Shown here piece by piece: positions 1 to 9,455 of a stretch of 64,000 nucleotides of DNA. The position numbers and the translations under genes were made by a program. Location: NCBI RefSeq assembly GCF_056712565.1, contig NZ_CM160072.1, one strand, 5' to 3'. Position 1 is the first letter of the stretch. The number at the start of each line of letters is the position of its first letter. The notes under the pieces are model-generated. The model saw only the letters and a program-made list of their open reading frames with translations. It ran no database searches and was not told where the DNA came from.

Positions 1-1295
1 CTTTGTACTGCCTTCTGAATAACAGGTAACAGTGGATCACTGATTTCTATCGGATTTCCCTGTTCATCAACACCACCGACATAACGCATCCAACCCGCGA
101 CGCCCAGCGCCAGCAGATCGAACTTGCTGTCATGCGCCAGATGCCAGCGAACAGAATCCAACATCCGCTGTGGCAATTTCTGGCTGCCATCCATCGCAAT
201 CTGCCAGGTTCGATGACGTAACGCCGGGTTGCTATAGCGTTCAATTAATCGGTTAGCGTAATCTTGCAAATCAACGCCCTGCACTTTCAGCGTCGGCGCT
301 TGTTCCTGCAACATTAAGGTATACGCCGCATGACGATAATGTTCATCCTCCATGCAGTCATTAATGTGCTGATATCCGGCAAGATAGCCCAGATACGCTA
401 GGAATGAATGACTGCCGTTAAGCATACGCAGTTTCATTTCTTCATAAGGCAGCACATCGCTAACCAGTTCAGCTCCCGCTTTTTCCCATTCCGGACGTCC
501 GGCAACAAAGTTATCTTCTATTACCCACTGGCGGAAAGGTTCACAGGCAACGCCTGCCGCATCGCGCACACCGGTAAGTTGTTCGATTTTCGCCAGCGTA
601 TCCTCTGTCACTGCGGGCACAATACGGTCCACCATTGTTGATGGGAAAGTCACGTTATCTTCGATCCATTGTGCCAGTTTTACATCAATGGCTTGCGCAT
701 AGGAAGTGACAACGTCACGCATAACATGACCGTTTTCTGGCATGTTGTCACATGACATGACGGTAAATGCGGGAAGTCCTGCCGCTTTACGGCGAGCCAG
801 CGCCTCAACAATCACCCCTGTTGCAGTTTTCGGCTGGTGGGGATTTTGCACGTCGGCAACGACCATCGGGTGATCAAGCATTAACTGTCCGGTCGCCGGA
901 GAGTGGAAATACCCTTTTTCGGTGATTGTCAGAGAGACAATCGCGATTTGCGGTTCACACATCGCAGCCAACACGGTTTCTAAGCCATCTATTTGTACGT
1001 GCAAGGCTTTTTTAACGACGCCAACGACGCGAGCCGTCCACGCATCAGCCGACATTTCCGCAACGGTATAAAGATTATCTTGCTGTTGTAAATCGGCAAT
1101 TTGCTGTTCGCCGCCGATTAAGTTGACCTCATAATATCCCCAGTCACTGAAATGTTCCGTAGCAAGAATATCGGCATACACGCCCTGATGCGCACGGTGA
1201 AATGCACCAAAGCCTAAATGAACAATTCTTGGGGCCAGGTTATTACGATCATAAACAGGGAGCGTCGCTTTTGCTGATAACAAATGATTTCCCAT
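1..1295 (-). CDS. ydfI: Mannitol-dehydrogenase-family oxidoreductase YdfI, N-terminal portion; C-terminus lies beyond the window start
   Basis: Minus-strand frame is open from ATG at 1295 to the window edge; translation starts [37 protein letters not shown] (Rossmann-type N-terminus). Absent from the ORF track because its stop is outside the window. Confidence 0.8.
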   Translation of the reverse strand, partial: MGNHLLSAKATLPVYDRNNLAPRIVHLGFGAFHRAHQGVYADILATEHFSDWGYYEVNLIGGEQQIADLQQQDNLYTVAEMSADAWTARVVGVVKKALHVQIDGLETVLAAMCEPQIAIVSLTITEKGYFHSPATGQLMLDHPMVVADVQNPHQPKTATGVIVEALARRKAAGLPAFTVMSCDNMPENGHVMRDVVTSYAQAIDVKLAQWIEDNVTFPSTMVDRIVPAVTEDTLAKIEQLTGVRDAAGVACEPFRQWVIEDNFVAGRPEWEKAGAELVSDVLPYEEMKLRMLNGSHSFLAYLGYLAGYQHINDCMEDEHYRHAAYTLMLQEQAPTLKVQGVDLQDYANRLIERYSNPALRHRTWQIAMDGSQKLPQRMLDSVRWHLAHDSKFDLLALGVAGWMRYVGGVDEQGNPIEISDPLLPVIQKAVQ

Positions 1296-1383
1296 AACAA
1301 TTCCTTAAAATTAAATATAGCAAGCTACATGTTTTGTTATATGAATAAAAATCCCCTCTCCGGTAAGAGAAGAGATTGAGGAT

Positions 1384-1738
1384 TTACAGACTTCTGGACG
1401 GTTGCGCAGCTCTTACAACATGTGGTTGATCTTCTGCGGCGTCTTCCAGCGCACTTAAATCACGGTCTTTCACTTCTGGCATTTTCAGCGCAGAGATTAA
1501 ACCAATCACAGAATATGCCATGATCATAATGGCGATCGGATACCAGGATTCCGTCATGGTGCAGAAAATCCCCGCCAGGATAGGACCAAAACCGGAAGCG
1601 ATAAGACCACCAATTTCTTTAGAAATAGCCATTCGGGTAAAGCGGTTAGTCCATAAATTCAAGCGCAGTGCCCAACCATCCCGATACTGCTGCTTTCACC
1701 AAATCCTTAGTACTTCTTTCGTGTTTTTCTATTGTCAT
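1384..1738 (-). pseudogene. ydfJ: Remnant of MFS transporter gene ydfJ: ~30 N-terminal codons ending in a stop, joined out of frame to a ~90-codon C-terminal segment
   Basis: ATG at 1738 reads MTIEKHERSTKDLVKAAVSGWLGTALEFMD then TAA; a different frame (ORF 1384..1662) reads an MFS-like C-terminus. Total span ~355 bp versus ~1.3 kb expected for an intact transporter. Confidence 0.55.
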
Positions 1739-1795
1739 AATGGTTATCTCTAAAAAAGAGGTAAGATGCGTGCTACTTACTCGCCGTTATTGGTA

Positions 1796-2815
1796 TTATT
1801 CAGAAAAAGTGAGTAAGACTTTGCAGCAATGTTTTTGATCCTGTTCAAATAAACTAATGGCATCCGCAACATGCTGGAAATCAAATGTATGGGTAATTAG
1901 TTTTTCTGGTTTAATTAACCCTTTACTTAACCAGTCGATAACGACCGGGAATTTATTTGCATTTAAGCGTGAAGAGAAAATAGAGAGTTCTTTTCCGGTA
2001 ATTCCTTGCTGAATCACTTCAGACGGTTCACTGGAGAAGCCCATCAATACAATACGTGCCGCTGGAGAAGCCAGCGTTACGGCCTCTTTCAAGATTGAAG
2101 GATGACAAGCGGCATCGATAATTAAAGTCGGCTTGATGCCTTTTTCAGCGAAACTCTCGCCAAGCGGTGTCTGGCTGTTATTAATCGCCCAGTCTGCCCC
2201 GCTCTCTTTCGCTTTTTCCAGTCGTTCATCAATGCGATCGGCAACAATCACATTTTTAACGTTATAGACGCCTTTTAATACCTGAACGATCGTCAGGCCG
2301 ATTGGGCCGGCACCGTAAACCAGAACGGTATCATTTTCAGTCGGTTGACCATGACCGGTAACGTTAGCCGCAATGGTAAAAGGTTCGATCATCACCGCAT
2401 ATTGATCGGCCACAGCTTCAGGAATTTTCCACGCATTTTTTGCCGGAACCACGGCATATTCACTGAAACCACCGTCAGCGTGCACACCTAATACAGCAAG
2501 TGTCGTACAAACGTTCGGCTTACCTATAGAGCACGGATAGCAATGCCCACAGCTGACCACCGGATCGACAGCAACGCGTTCACCGACTCTGGCGCTTTCC
2601 ACGCCGTCACCCACTGCATCAATGACGCCAAAGAATTCATGACCAATGACGCGCGGATATTTCGCAAAAGGATTATGCCCACGGTAAATATGGCTATCTG
2701 AACCACAAATTCCGGCAAGTTTCACTTTTACTCGTACTTCACCCGCTGACGGGGTGGGTATTTCACGTTCGATAATCGACAGTTGATTCGGTTTTTCAAT
2801 TAAAATGCTTTTCAT
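1796..2815 (-). CDS. rspB: Zn-dependent alcohol-dehydrogenase-family protein RspB (starvation sensing)
   Basis: 339 aa from ATG at 2815 (MKSILIEKPN) with AGGAG RBS; zinc-ADH motifs GHEFFGVIDAVG and CGHCYPC; GAGPIGL NAD fold. Confidence 0.9.
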   Translation of the reverse strand: MKSILIEKPNQLSIIEREIPTPSAGEVRVKVKLAGICGSDSHIYRGHNPFAKYPRVIGHEFFGVIDAVGDGVESARVGERVAVDPVVSCGHCYPCSIGKPNVCTTLAVLGVHADGGFSEYAVVPAKNAWKIPEAVADQYAVMIEPFTIAANVTGHGQPTENDTVLVYGAGPIGLTIVQVLKGVYNVKNVIVADRIDERLEKAKESGADWAINNSQTPLGESFAEKGIKPTLIIDAACHPSILKEAVTLASPAARIVLMGFSSEPSEVIQQGITGKELSIFSSRLNANKFPVVIDWLSKGLIKPEKLITHTFDFQHVADAISLFEQDQKHCCKVLLTFSE

Positions 2816-2826
2816 TACCTTACTCC

Positions 2827-4041
2827 TTACCAGTTCCACAGCGTGCCATCTTCCAGACGTGCGACTGGCAGATAAGCAGGTTCATAGGGATATTTCGCCG
2901 CCAGCTTTTCATCGAATTCGATGCCAAGGCCCGGTTTTTCTCCCGGATGCATATAGCCGTTATCGAAAGTCCAGTTGTGCGGGAAGACTTCGAGCATTTG
3001 TTCGGAATAACCCATGTATTCCTGGACACCGAAATTGGGGACCCACAGATCAAAGTGCAGCGCCGCAGCCATGCAGACTGGTGACAAATCGGAAGGACCG
3101 TGTGAGCCAGTACGTACCTGATACAGCGAAGCAAAATCGGCAATCCGACGCATACCGGTAATTCCGCCTGCATGGGTCAGCGTGGTGCGGATATAATCGA
3201 TGAGTTGCTCTTCAATCAGTTGTTTGCAGTCCCAGATGCTGTTGAAGACTTCACCCACCGCGATGGGTGTGACGGTATGTTGGCGAATGAGACGGAAGCA
3301 TTCCTGGTTTTCCGCAGGCGTCGGGTCTTCCATCCAGAACATGCGATAATCTTCAATGCTCTTACCAAAGCGCGCCGCTTCAATAGGCGTTAAGCGATGG
3401 TGCATGTCATGCAGCAGATGTTCATCAAAACCAAACTTGTTACGTACCGCGTCAAACAATTTCGGCATGAAATCGAGGTATTTCTCCGTCGACCACAGCT
3501 GCTCTTCCGGCCACTGTCCTTTGGTTGCGGGTTCATAAGCCAGACCTTTACCTTTCGACATGCCGTAGGTGGTTTTCATACCAGGGATTCCGCACTGCAC
3601 GCGGATGGCTTTGAATCCCAGCTCCTGATGACGGGCATAATCATCCAGAGCTTCATCAATACTGTGACCGGTGGTATGGCAATAAACCATCACCCCTTCA
3701 CGAGACGCGCCGCCGAGTAACTGGTAAAGCGGCATGTTGGCAGCTTTGGCTTTAATATCCCACAGCGCCATATCAACCGCTGAAATGGCCGACATCGTAA
3801 CCGGACCGCGACGCCAGTAAGCACCTTTATAGAAAAACTGCCAGATATCTTCGATACGGTGTGCATCGCGACCAATAAGCTGCGGACAAAGGTGATCCTG
3901 CAAATAAGAGGCCACGGAAAGCTCACGTCCATTTAGGGTGGCATCCCCAAGGCCCGTAATACCGTCCTCAGTGGTGATTTTTAATGTGACGAAATTACGC
4001 CCCGGACAGGTAACAAAAACTTCAGCCTTTACGATCTTCAT
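2827..4041 (-). CDS. rspA: Enolase-superfamily mannonate-dehydratase-like protein RspA
   Basis: 404 aa from ATG at 4041 ([17 protein letters not shown]); 11 bp upstream of rspB, operon arrangement. Confidence 0.9.
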   Translation of the reverse strand: MKIVKAEVFVTCPGRNFVTLKITTEDGITGLGDATLNGRELSVASYLQDHLCPQLIGRDAHRIEDIWQFFYKGAYWRRGPVTMSAISAVDMALWDIKAKAANMPLYQLLGGASREGVMVYCHTTGHSIDEALDDYARHQELGFKAIRVQCGIPGMKTTYGMSKGKGLAYEPATKGQWPEEQLWSTEKYLDFMPKLFDAVRNKFGFDEHLLHDMHHRLTPIEAARFGKSIEDYRMFWMEDPTPAENQECFRLIRQHTVTPIAVGEVFNSIWDCKQLIEEQLIDYIRTTLTHAGGITGMRRIADFASLYQVRTGSHGPSDLSPVCMAAALHFDLWVPNFGVQEYMGYSEQMLEVFPHNWTFDNGYMHPGEKPGLGIEFDEKLAAKYPYEPAYLPVARLEDGTLWNW

Positions 4042-4246
4042 GTTCGATTCCTTGCATCGCTTGTCGTGATGCATGAAATCTACGCAACTGAGCTACTACC
4101 ATACAAGTATGAAGATCAAAAAAAGCCGGAGTGATCACAAAAAAAGGCGTATATTTGCGCCGTGAATGGTTGACAAAAGATGAAACAGAATACCTTTTGT
4201 CAGCTGACACTTCCTCGTATCTTATTGATAAAATGGATTTATGTTC

Positions 4247-4573
4247 CTACGTGCGCCCCCAGCCCGCAACAATGATCAACATGCCGCAAAGCGCAATTAA
4301 CGCCCCCGTCCAGTCATAAAGAGTCAGTTTCACGCCATCCACAACGCGCAGCCAAATCAACGCCGTGCAGACATAAACGCCACCATAAGCCGCGTAAACA
4401 CGCCCACTCGCCGCAGGATGCAACGTTAACAACCAGACAAACAGCGCCAGTGAAATCCCCGCCGGAAGCAACAGCCAGATACTGGCGTTTCGCTTCAACC
4501 ACAGCCAGGGCAAAAAGCATCCAATAATTTCACACAGCGCAGTAGCAAAAAATAGTAACGTTGTTTTAATCAT
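4247..4573 (-). CDS. ynfA: UPF0060 small inner-membrane protein YnfA
   Basis: 108 aa from internal ATG ([28 protein letters not shown]); hydrophobic. Confidence 0.85.
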   Translation of the reverse strand: MIKTTLLFFATALCEIIGCFLPWLWLKRNASIWLLLPAGISLALFVWLLTLHPAASGRVYAAYGGVYVCTALIWLRVVDGVKLTLYDWTGALIALCGMLIIVAGWGRT

Positions 4574-4707
4574 CTTTGTCACTTATTGACATCACGTATA
4601 GTTATAGGGCGACATAATATCATCAATATAAACACCCTCCTTGAACGTTTTGCGTTCGCAGTGGATGGTGTAGAATCAGCTTTAATCATTCATACAGGGA
4701 ATGAATT

Positions 4708-5049
4708 ATGAAAATCACTCTCAGCAAACGAATCGGCCTGCTCGCTTTTCTGCTGCCTTGCGCACTGGCATTGAGCACAACTGTTCATGCCGAAACCAAC
4801 AAACTGGTGATTGAGTCTGGCGACAGTGCACAAAGCCGCCAGCGCGCCGCTATGGAAAAAGAGCAATGGAATGACACGCGTAATCTGCGCCAGAAAGTGA
4901 ATAAACGCACTGAAAAAGAGTGGGATAAAGCCGACGCTGCTTTTGATAACCGCGATAAATGTGAGCAAAGCGCCAACATCAATGCCTACTGGGAGCCAAA
5001 TACTTTGCGCTGCCTGGACCGTCGAACTGGCCGCGTTATTATCCCCTAA
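4708..5049 (+). CDS. ynfB: Secreted protein YnfB (UPF0482) with signal peptide
   Basis: 113 aa; N-terminal signal peptide [28 protein letters not shown]; charged mature part. Confidence 0.85.
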   Translation: MKITLSKRIGLLAFLLPCALALSTTVHAETNKLVIESGDSAQSRQRAAMEKEQWNDTRNLRQKVNKRTEKEWDKADAAFDNRDKCEQSANINAYWEPNTLRCLDRRTGRVIIP

Positions 5050-5083
5050 CCTGTTATTGATTTAAGGAATGTAAGGACACGTT

Positions 5084-5644
5084 ATGCCAAGCGCCCACAG
5101 TGTTAAGCTACGCCCGCTGGAGCGTGAAGATTTACGCTATGTACATCAACTCGACAATAACGCCAGTGTGATGCGTTACTGGTTTGAGGAACCCTACGAA
5201 GCCTTTGTTGAACTCTCTGATCTGTATGATAAGCATATTCACGATCAGAGCGAACGGCGCTTTGTGGTGGAATGTGACGGCGAAAAAGCCGGTCTGGTGG
5301 AGCTGGTGGAAATTAACCATGTTCATCGCCGCGCAGAATTTCAGATAATTATCTCCCCGGAGTATCAGGGGAAAGGTCTGGCAACCCGTGCCGCCAAATT
5401 AGCAATGGACTATGGCTTCACCGTTCTCAATCTCTATAAGCTGTATCTGATCGTTGATAAAGAGAATGAAAAAGCGATTCACATTTACCGCAAGCTTGGC
5501 TTTACGGTTGAAGGTGAATTGATGCATGAGTTCTTTATTAATGGTCAATATCGTAATGCCATTCGCATGTGTATATTCCAGCATCAGTATCTGGCTGAGC
5601 ACAAAACACCGGGTCAGACTCTCCTGAAGCCGACCGCACAATAG
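5084..5644 (+). CDS. speG: Spermidine N1-acetyltransferase (GNAT family)
   Basis: 186 aa; GNAT acetyl-CoA fold residues ([18 protein letters not shown]). Confidence 0.9.
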   Translation: MPSAHSVKLRPLEREDLRYVHQLDNNASVMRYWFEEPYEAFVELSDLYDKHIHDQSERRFVVECDGEKAGLVELVEINHVHRRAEFQIIISPEYQGKGLATRAAKLAMDYGFTVLNLYKLYLIVDKENEKAIHIYRKLGFTVEGELMHEFFINGQYRNAIRMCIFQHQYLAEHKTPGQTLLKPTAQ

Positions 5645-5646
5645 TA

Positions 5647-6357
5647 TTAATAATAATCGATCGTATTTTTGATGGTGTAAACCCGTTCGACGGCGGGTTT
5701 TACTCCTTCATCAACAATGATTAGCTGACAGTCCACCGGATTGGCGTGATTGTCATATTCACAGCTCTGTTTTACATTTCCAACCCGTTGATTATTCAGT
5801 AAAGTAACCGCTGTGTAATCTAATTTTTTGATCGGGTCCGTTGATGGCGTGGCGCTGACAGATAATGTTTTATCGTTACTTTTCGTGGTTTTACCCAGCG
5901 GATACCCCTGATCATCATAGCGATATTCCATCTGCATCTGTTTGCTGCTGGCTTTAATCACGAAACCATTATCATCGGTTTCCCAACTCACCCCGGCAGA
6001 AGGTAATTCTGCTAGCTGGCATTTTCCCTGCAAACGAACTCTTTTCTCCAGCGTCTCAGCATCACGGTAATAATTGGCGTCCAGTACCAGGGCAACCAAG
6101 GTATTATTTTCCAGATCCAGTAATTCGAGAGAATCAAAACAGCCTTCTTCCGACAAAGTCCCCGAAACACGTTTCGTCACTTCACCTTGCTCATCCATTA
6201 ATGTCTGAGTGAAATCTTTTACGGGACCACGCAGCGGATCAAAATCGAATTCATTAGAGAAACTGGCCATCTCCGGGGTAAATGAAAGTGTTACCTCTGT
6301 GCGGTCACATCCTGTGAGTAATATCGCGAGTAAGCATGGCAGTAATTTGTATTTCAC
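5647..6357 (-). CDS. ynfC: Lipoprotein YnfC (UPF0257)
   Basis: 236 aa from a GTG start (VKYKLLPCLLAILLTGC lipobox); the ORF-track start is 12 codons further upstream. Confidence 0.8.
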   Translation of the reverse strand: MKYKLLPCLLAILLTGCDRTEVTLSFTPEMASFSNEFDFDPLRGPVKDFTQTLMDEQGEVTKRVSGTLSEEGCFDSLELLDLENNTLVALVLDANYYRDAETLEKRVRLQGKCQLAELPSAGVSWETDDNGFVIKASSKQMQMEYRYDDQGYPLGKTTKSNDKTLSVSATPSTDPIKKLDYTAVTLLNNQRVGNVKQSCEYDNHANPVDCQLIIVDEGVKPAVERVYTIKNTIDYY

Positions 6358-6464
6358 AACAGTCACCTGAGAGTAGAGATAATTCTCAATCATAGTAGCA
6401 AATACAGTACTTTACACGTTAAATGCTATGCTTAAAGAAGTTATCTTCGCGTAAGGAGCTTATG

Positions 6465-6770
6465 ATGAAACTCTCAACCTGCTGTGCCGCGCTTCTGCTC
6501 GCCCTCGCCTCACCCGCGGTACTCGCCGCGCCGGGATCCTGTGAGCGCATACAGAGCGATATATCACAGCGCATTATCAATAATGGCGTACCCGAAAGCA
6601 GCTTCACGTTAAGTATTGTACCCAATGACCAGGTTGATCAGCCTGATTCCCAGGTCGTCGGGCATTGCGCTAATGATACGCATAAAATTCTCTACACCCG
6701 TACCACCAGCGGTAACGTCTCTGCTCCCGCGCAGTCTACCCAGGATAACGCGCCTGCTGAACCGCAGTAA
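6465..6770 (+). CDS. ynfD: Small secreted protein YnfD (DUF1161)
   Basis: 101 aa from second ATG (MKLSTCCAALLLALASPAVLAAPGSC), signal peptide. Confidence 0.8.
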   Translation: MKLSTCCAALLLALASPAVLAAPGSCERIQSDISQRIINNGVPESSFTLSIVPNDQVDQPDSQVVGHCANDTHKILYTRTTSGNVSAPAQSTQDNAPAEPQ

Positions 6771-6786
6771 CACATTATCGACTGAA

Positions 6787-6809
6787 CGCCGGATACGACA
6801 CATCCGGCG
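6787..6809 (+). terminator. Hairpin (cgccggat / atccggcg stem) downstream of ynfD; possible terminator or REP-like element
   Basis: Inverted repeat cgccggatacgacacatccggcg directly after the ynfD stop; no strong T-tract. Confidence 0.35.
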
Positions 6810-6855
6810 ATTTGAACATACAACATAATCCCACCTTATTACTCATACCCTTCTA

Positions 6856-6869
6856 TTGATATGGATTAA
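6856..6869 (+). promoter_or_regulatory. Candidate FNR-type site (TTGAT-N4-ATtAA) about 100 bp upstream of ynfE
   Basis: ttgatatggattaa matches TTGAT-N4-ATCAA with one mismatch; the ynfEFGH-dmsD operon is anaerobically expressed (established knowledge). The site itself is inference. Confidence 0.3.
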
Positions 6870-6968
6870 TAATTATTAACCCCAAATGGGTAGACTCTCT
6901 CTATTGTTAGCGCGCTAAATATTCAATATATAAACATTTATATAACGATAAAGAACAGGGAGTGAGTT

Positions 6969-9395
6969 ATGTCCAAAAATGAACAAATGGTGGGCATCAG
7001 CCGCAGAACACTCGTTAAATCTACCGCGATAGGTTCTCTGGCGCTGGCTGCAGGCGGTTTTTCTTTGCCGTTTACCCTGCGCAGTGCAGAAGCAGCGGTA
7101 CAACAGGCCAACGAAAAAGTGGTCTGGGGTGCCTGTTCCGTCAACTGTGGTAGCCGCTGTGCACTTCGTCTGCATGTTAAAGATAATGAAGTGACCTGGG
7201 TGGAAACTGACAACACCGGCAGCGACGAGTATGGCAACCATCAGGTACGCGCCTGTTTGCGCGGTCGCTCCATCCGTCGGCGTATTAATCATCCCGATCG
7301 CCTGAATTACCCAATGAAACGCGTGGGCAAACGCGGCGAAGGCAAATTCGAACGGATTAGCTGGGATGAAGCCCTGGATACTATCGCCAGTAGCCTGAAA
7401 AAAACCGTCAAACAATATGGCAATGAGGCTGTATATATTCAGTACTCTTCGGGGATTGTTGGCGGCAATATGACCCGCTCTTCTCCATCAGCCTCGGCGG
7501 TCAAACGCCTGATGAACTGCTACGGCGGTTCACTAAATCAGTATGGCTCCTACAGCACTGCGCAAATTTCCTGTGCCATGCCCTACACCTACGGCAGTAA
7601 TGATGGCAACAGCACCACGGATATTGAAAACAGCAAGCTGGTCGTGATGTTTGGTAACAACCCGGCTGAAACCCGCATGAGCGGCGGTGGCATCACTTAT
7701 CTTCTTGAAAAAGCACGCGAGAAATCGAACGCAAAAATGATTGTTATCGATCCGCGATATACCGATACGGCTGCTGGTCGTGAAGATGAATGGCTTCCTA
7801 TTCGCCCTGGCACCGATGCCGCGCTGGTTGCGGGTATTGCCTGGGTATTGATTAACGAAAATCTCGTTGATCAACCTTTTCTCGATAAATACTGCGTCGG
7901 CTATGACGAAAAAACCTTACCCGCAGATGCACCCAAAAATGGTCACTATAAAGCCTATATTCTTGGTGAAGGCGATGATAAAACAGCGAAAACGCCGCAG
8001 TGGGCTTCGCAAATTACAGGTATCCCGGTAGACCGTATCATCAAACTGGCGCGTGAAATTGGCACAGCAAAACCCGCTTATATCTGCCAGGGCTGGGGGC
8101 CGCAACGCCAGGCAAACGGCGAGCTGACGGCACGCGCTATTGCTATGTTGCCTATTTTGACGGGCAATGTCGGCATCAGCGGCGGAAATAGTGGTGCGCG
8201 TGAATCGACCTACACCATTACCATCGAACGCTTGCCGGTGCTGGATAATCCGGTCAAAACGTCAATCTCCTGCTTCAGCTGGACAGATGCTATCGATCAT
8301 GGCCCGCAAATGACGGCAATCCGCGACGGCGTCCGGGGCAAAGATAAACTAGATGTGCCCATTAAGTTCATCTGGAACTACGCGGGAAATACCCTGGTTA
8401 ATCAGCATTCTGACATCAACAAAACGCATGAAATTCTGCAGGACGAATCGAAATGCGAAATGATTGTGGTCATCGAAAACTTTATGACCTCATCGGCAAA
8501 ATATGCCGACATTCTGCTGCCAGACCTGATGACCGTTGAGCAGGAAGATATTATTCCTAACGACTACGCCGGTAACATGGGATATCTCATTTTCCTCCAG
8601 CCTGTCACCAGCGAAAAATTCGAACGCAAACCAATTTACTGGATCCTGAGTGAAGTCGCGAAACGTCTTGGACCTGACGTCTATCAAAAGTTCACTGAAG
8701 GTCGCACGCAGGAACAATGGTTACAACATCTGTACGCCAAAATGCTTGCCAAAGATCCGGCGTTACCGTCTTACGACGAATTAAAAAAAATGGGTATCTA
8801 TAAGCGTAAAGATCCCAATGGTCATTTTGTCGCCTACAAAGCATTTCGTGACGACCCCGAGGCAAATCCACTTAAAACGCCTTCCGGTAAGATTGAAATT
8901 TATTCCAGCAAGCTGGCGGAAATTGCCCGTACCTGGGAACTGGAAAAAGATGAAGTGATAAGCCCACTGCCGGTTTATGCCTCAACCTTTGAAGGCTGGG
9001 ACTCCCCTGAACGTAGTGCCTTCCCACTGCAACTGTTTGGTTTCCATTACAAATCCCGTACGCACTCGACCTACGGCAACATTGATGTCCTGAAGGCAGC
9101 CTGCCGTCAGGAAGTGTGGATCAACCCTATAGATGCACAGAAACGTGGGATTGCCAACGGCGATATGGTGCGGGTGTTTAACCATCGTGGCGAAGTTCGG
9201 CTACCAGCCAAAGTGACACCACGCATTCTCCCTGGAGTTAGTGCTATGGGCCAGGGAGCCTGGCACGAGGCCAATATGTCTGGCGATAAAATCGACCACG
9301 GCGGCTGTGTGAATACGCTAACCACTCTGCGACCTTCACCACTGGCGAAGGGAAACCCGCAGCACACTAATCTGGTCGAGATCGAAAAAATATAA
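6969..9395 (+). CDS. ynfE: Tat-exported molybdopterin oxidoreductase catalytic subunit (DmsA paralog; selenate reductase) YnfE
   Basis: 808 aa; twin-arginine signal SRRTLVKSTAIGSLALAAG; Cys cluster CSVNCGSRC; molybdopterin oxidoreductase architecture. Confidence 0.9.
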   Translation: MSKNEQMVGISRRTLVKSTAIGSLALAAGGFSLPFTLRSAEAAVQQANEKVVWGACSVNCGSRCALRLHVKDNEVTWVETDNTGSDEYGNHQVRACLRGRSIRRRINHPDRLNYPMKRVGKRGEGKFERISWDEALDTIASSLKKTVKQYGNEAVYIQYSSGIVGGNMTRSSPSASAVKRLMNCYGGSLNQYGSYSTAQISCAMPYTYGSNDGNSTTDIENSKLVVMFGNNPAETRMSGGGITYLLEKAREKSNAKMIVIDPRYTDTAAGREDEWLPIRPGTDAALVAGIAWVLINENLVDQPFLDKYCVGYDEKTLPADAPKNGHYKAYILGEGDDKTAKTPQWASQITGIPVDRIIKLAREIGTAKPAYICQGWGPQRQANGELTARAIAMLPILTGNVGISGGNSGARESTYTITIERLPVLDNPVKTSISCFSWTDAIDHGPQMTAIRDGVRGKDKLDVPIKFIWNYAGNTLVNQHSDINKTHEILQDESKCEMIVVIENFMTSSAKYADILLPDLMTVEQEDIIPNDYAGNMGYLIFLQPVTSEKFERKPIYWILSEVAKRLGPDVYQKFTEGRTQEQWLQHLYAKMLAKDPALPSYDELKKMGIYKRKDPNGHFVAYKAFRDDPEANPLKTPSGKIEIYSSKLAEIARTWELEKDEVISPLPVYASTFEGWDSPERSAFPLQLFGFHYKSRTHSTYGNIDVLKAACRQEVWINPIDAQKRGIANGDMVRVFNHRGEVRLPAKVTPRILPGVSAMGQGAWHEANMSGDKIDHGGCVNTLTTLRPSPLAKGNPQHTNLVEIEKI

Positions 9396-9455
9396 CCCAC
9401 TACGACCATAAATTTTGACATGACATTTTGTTTGAAAAGCAATAAGTGAGTAATG

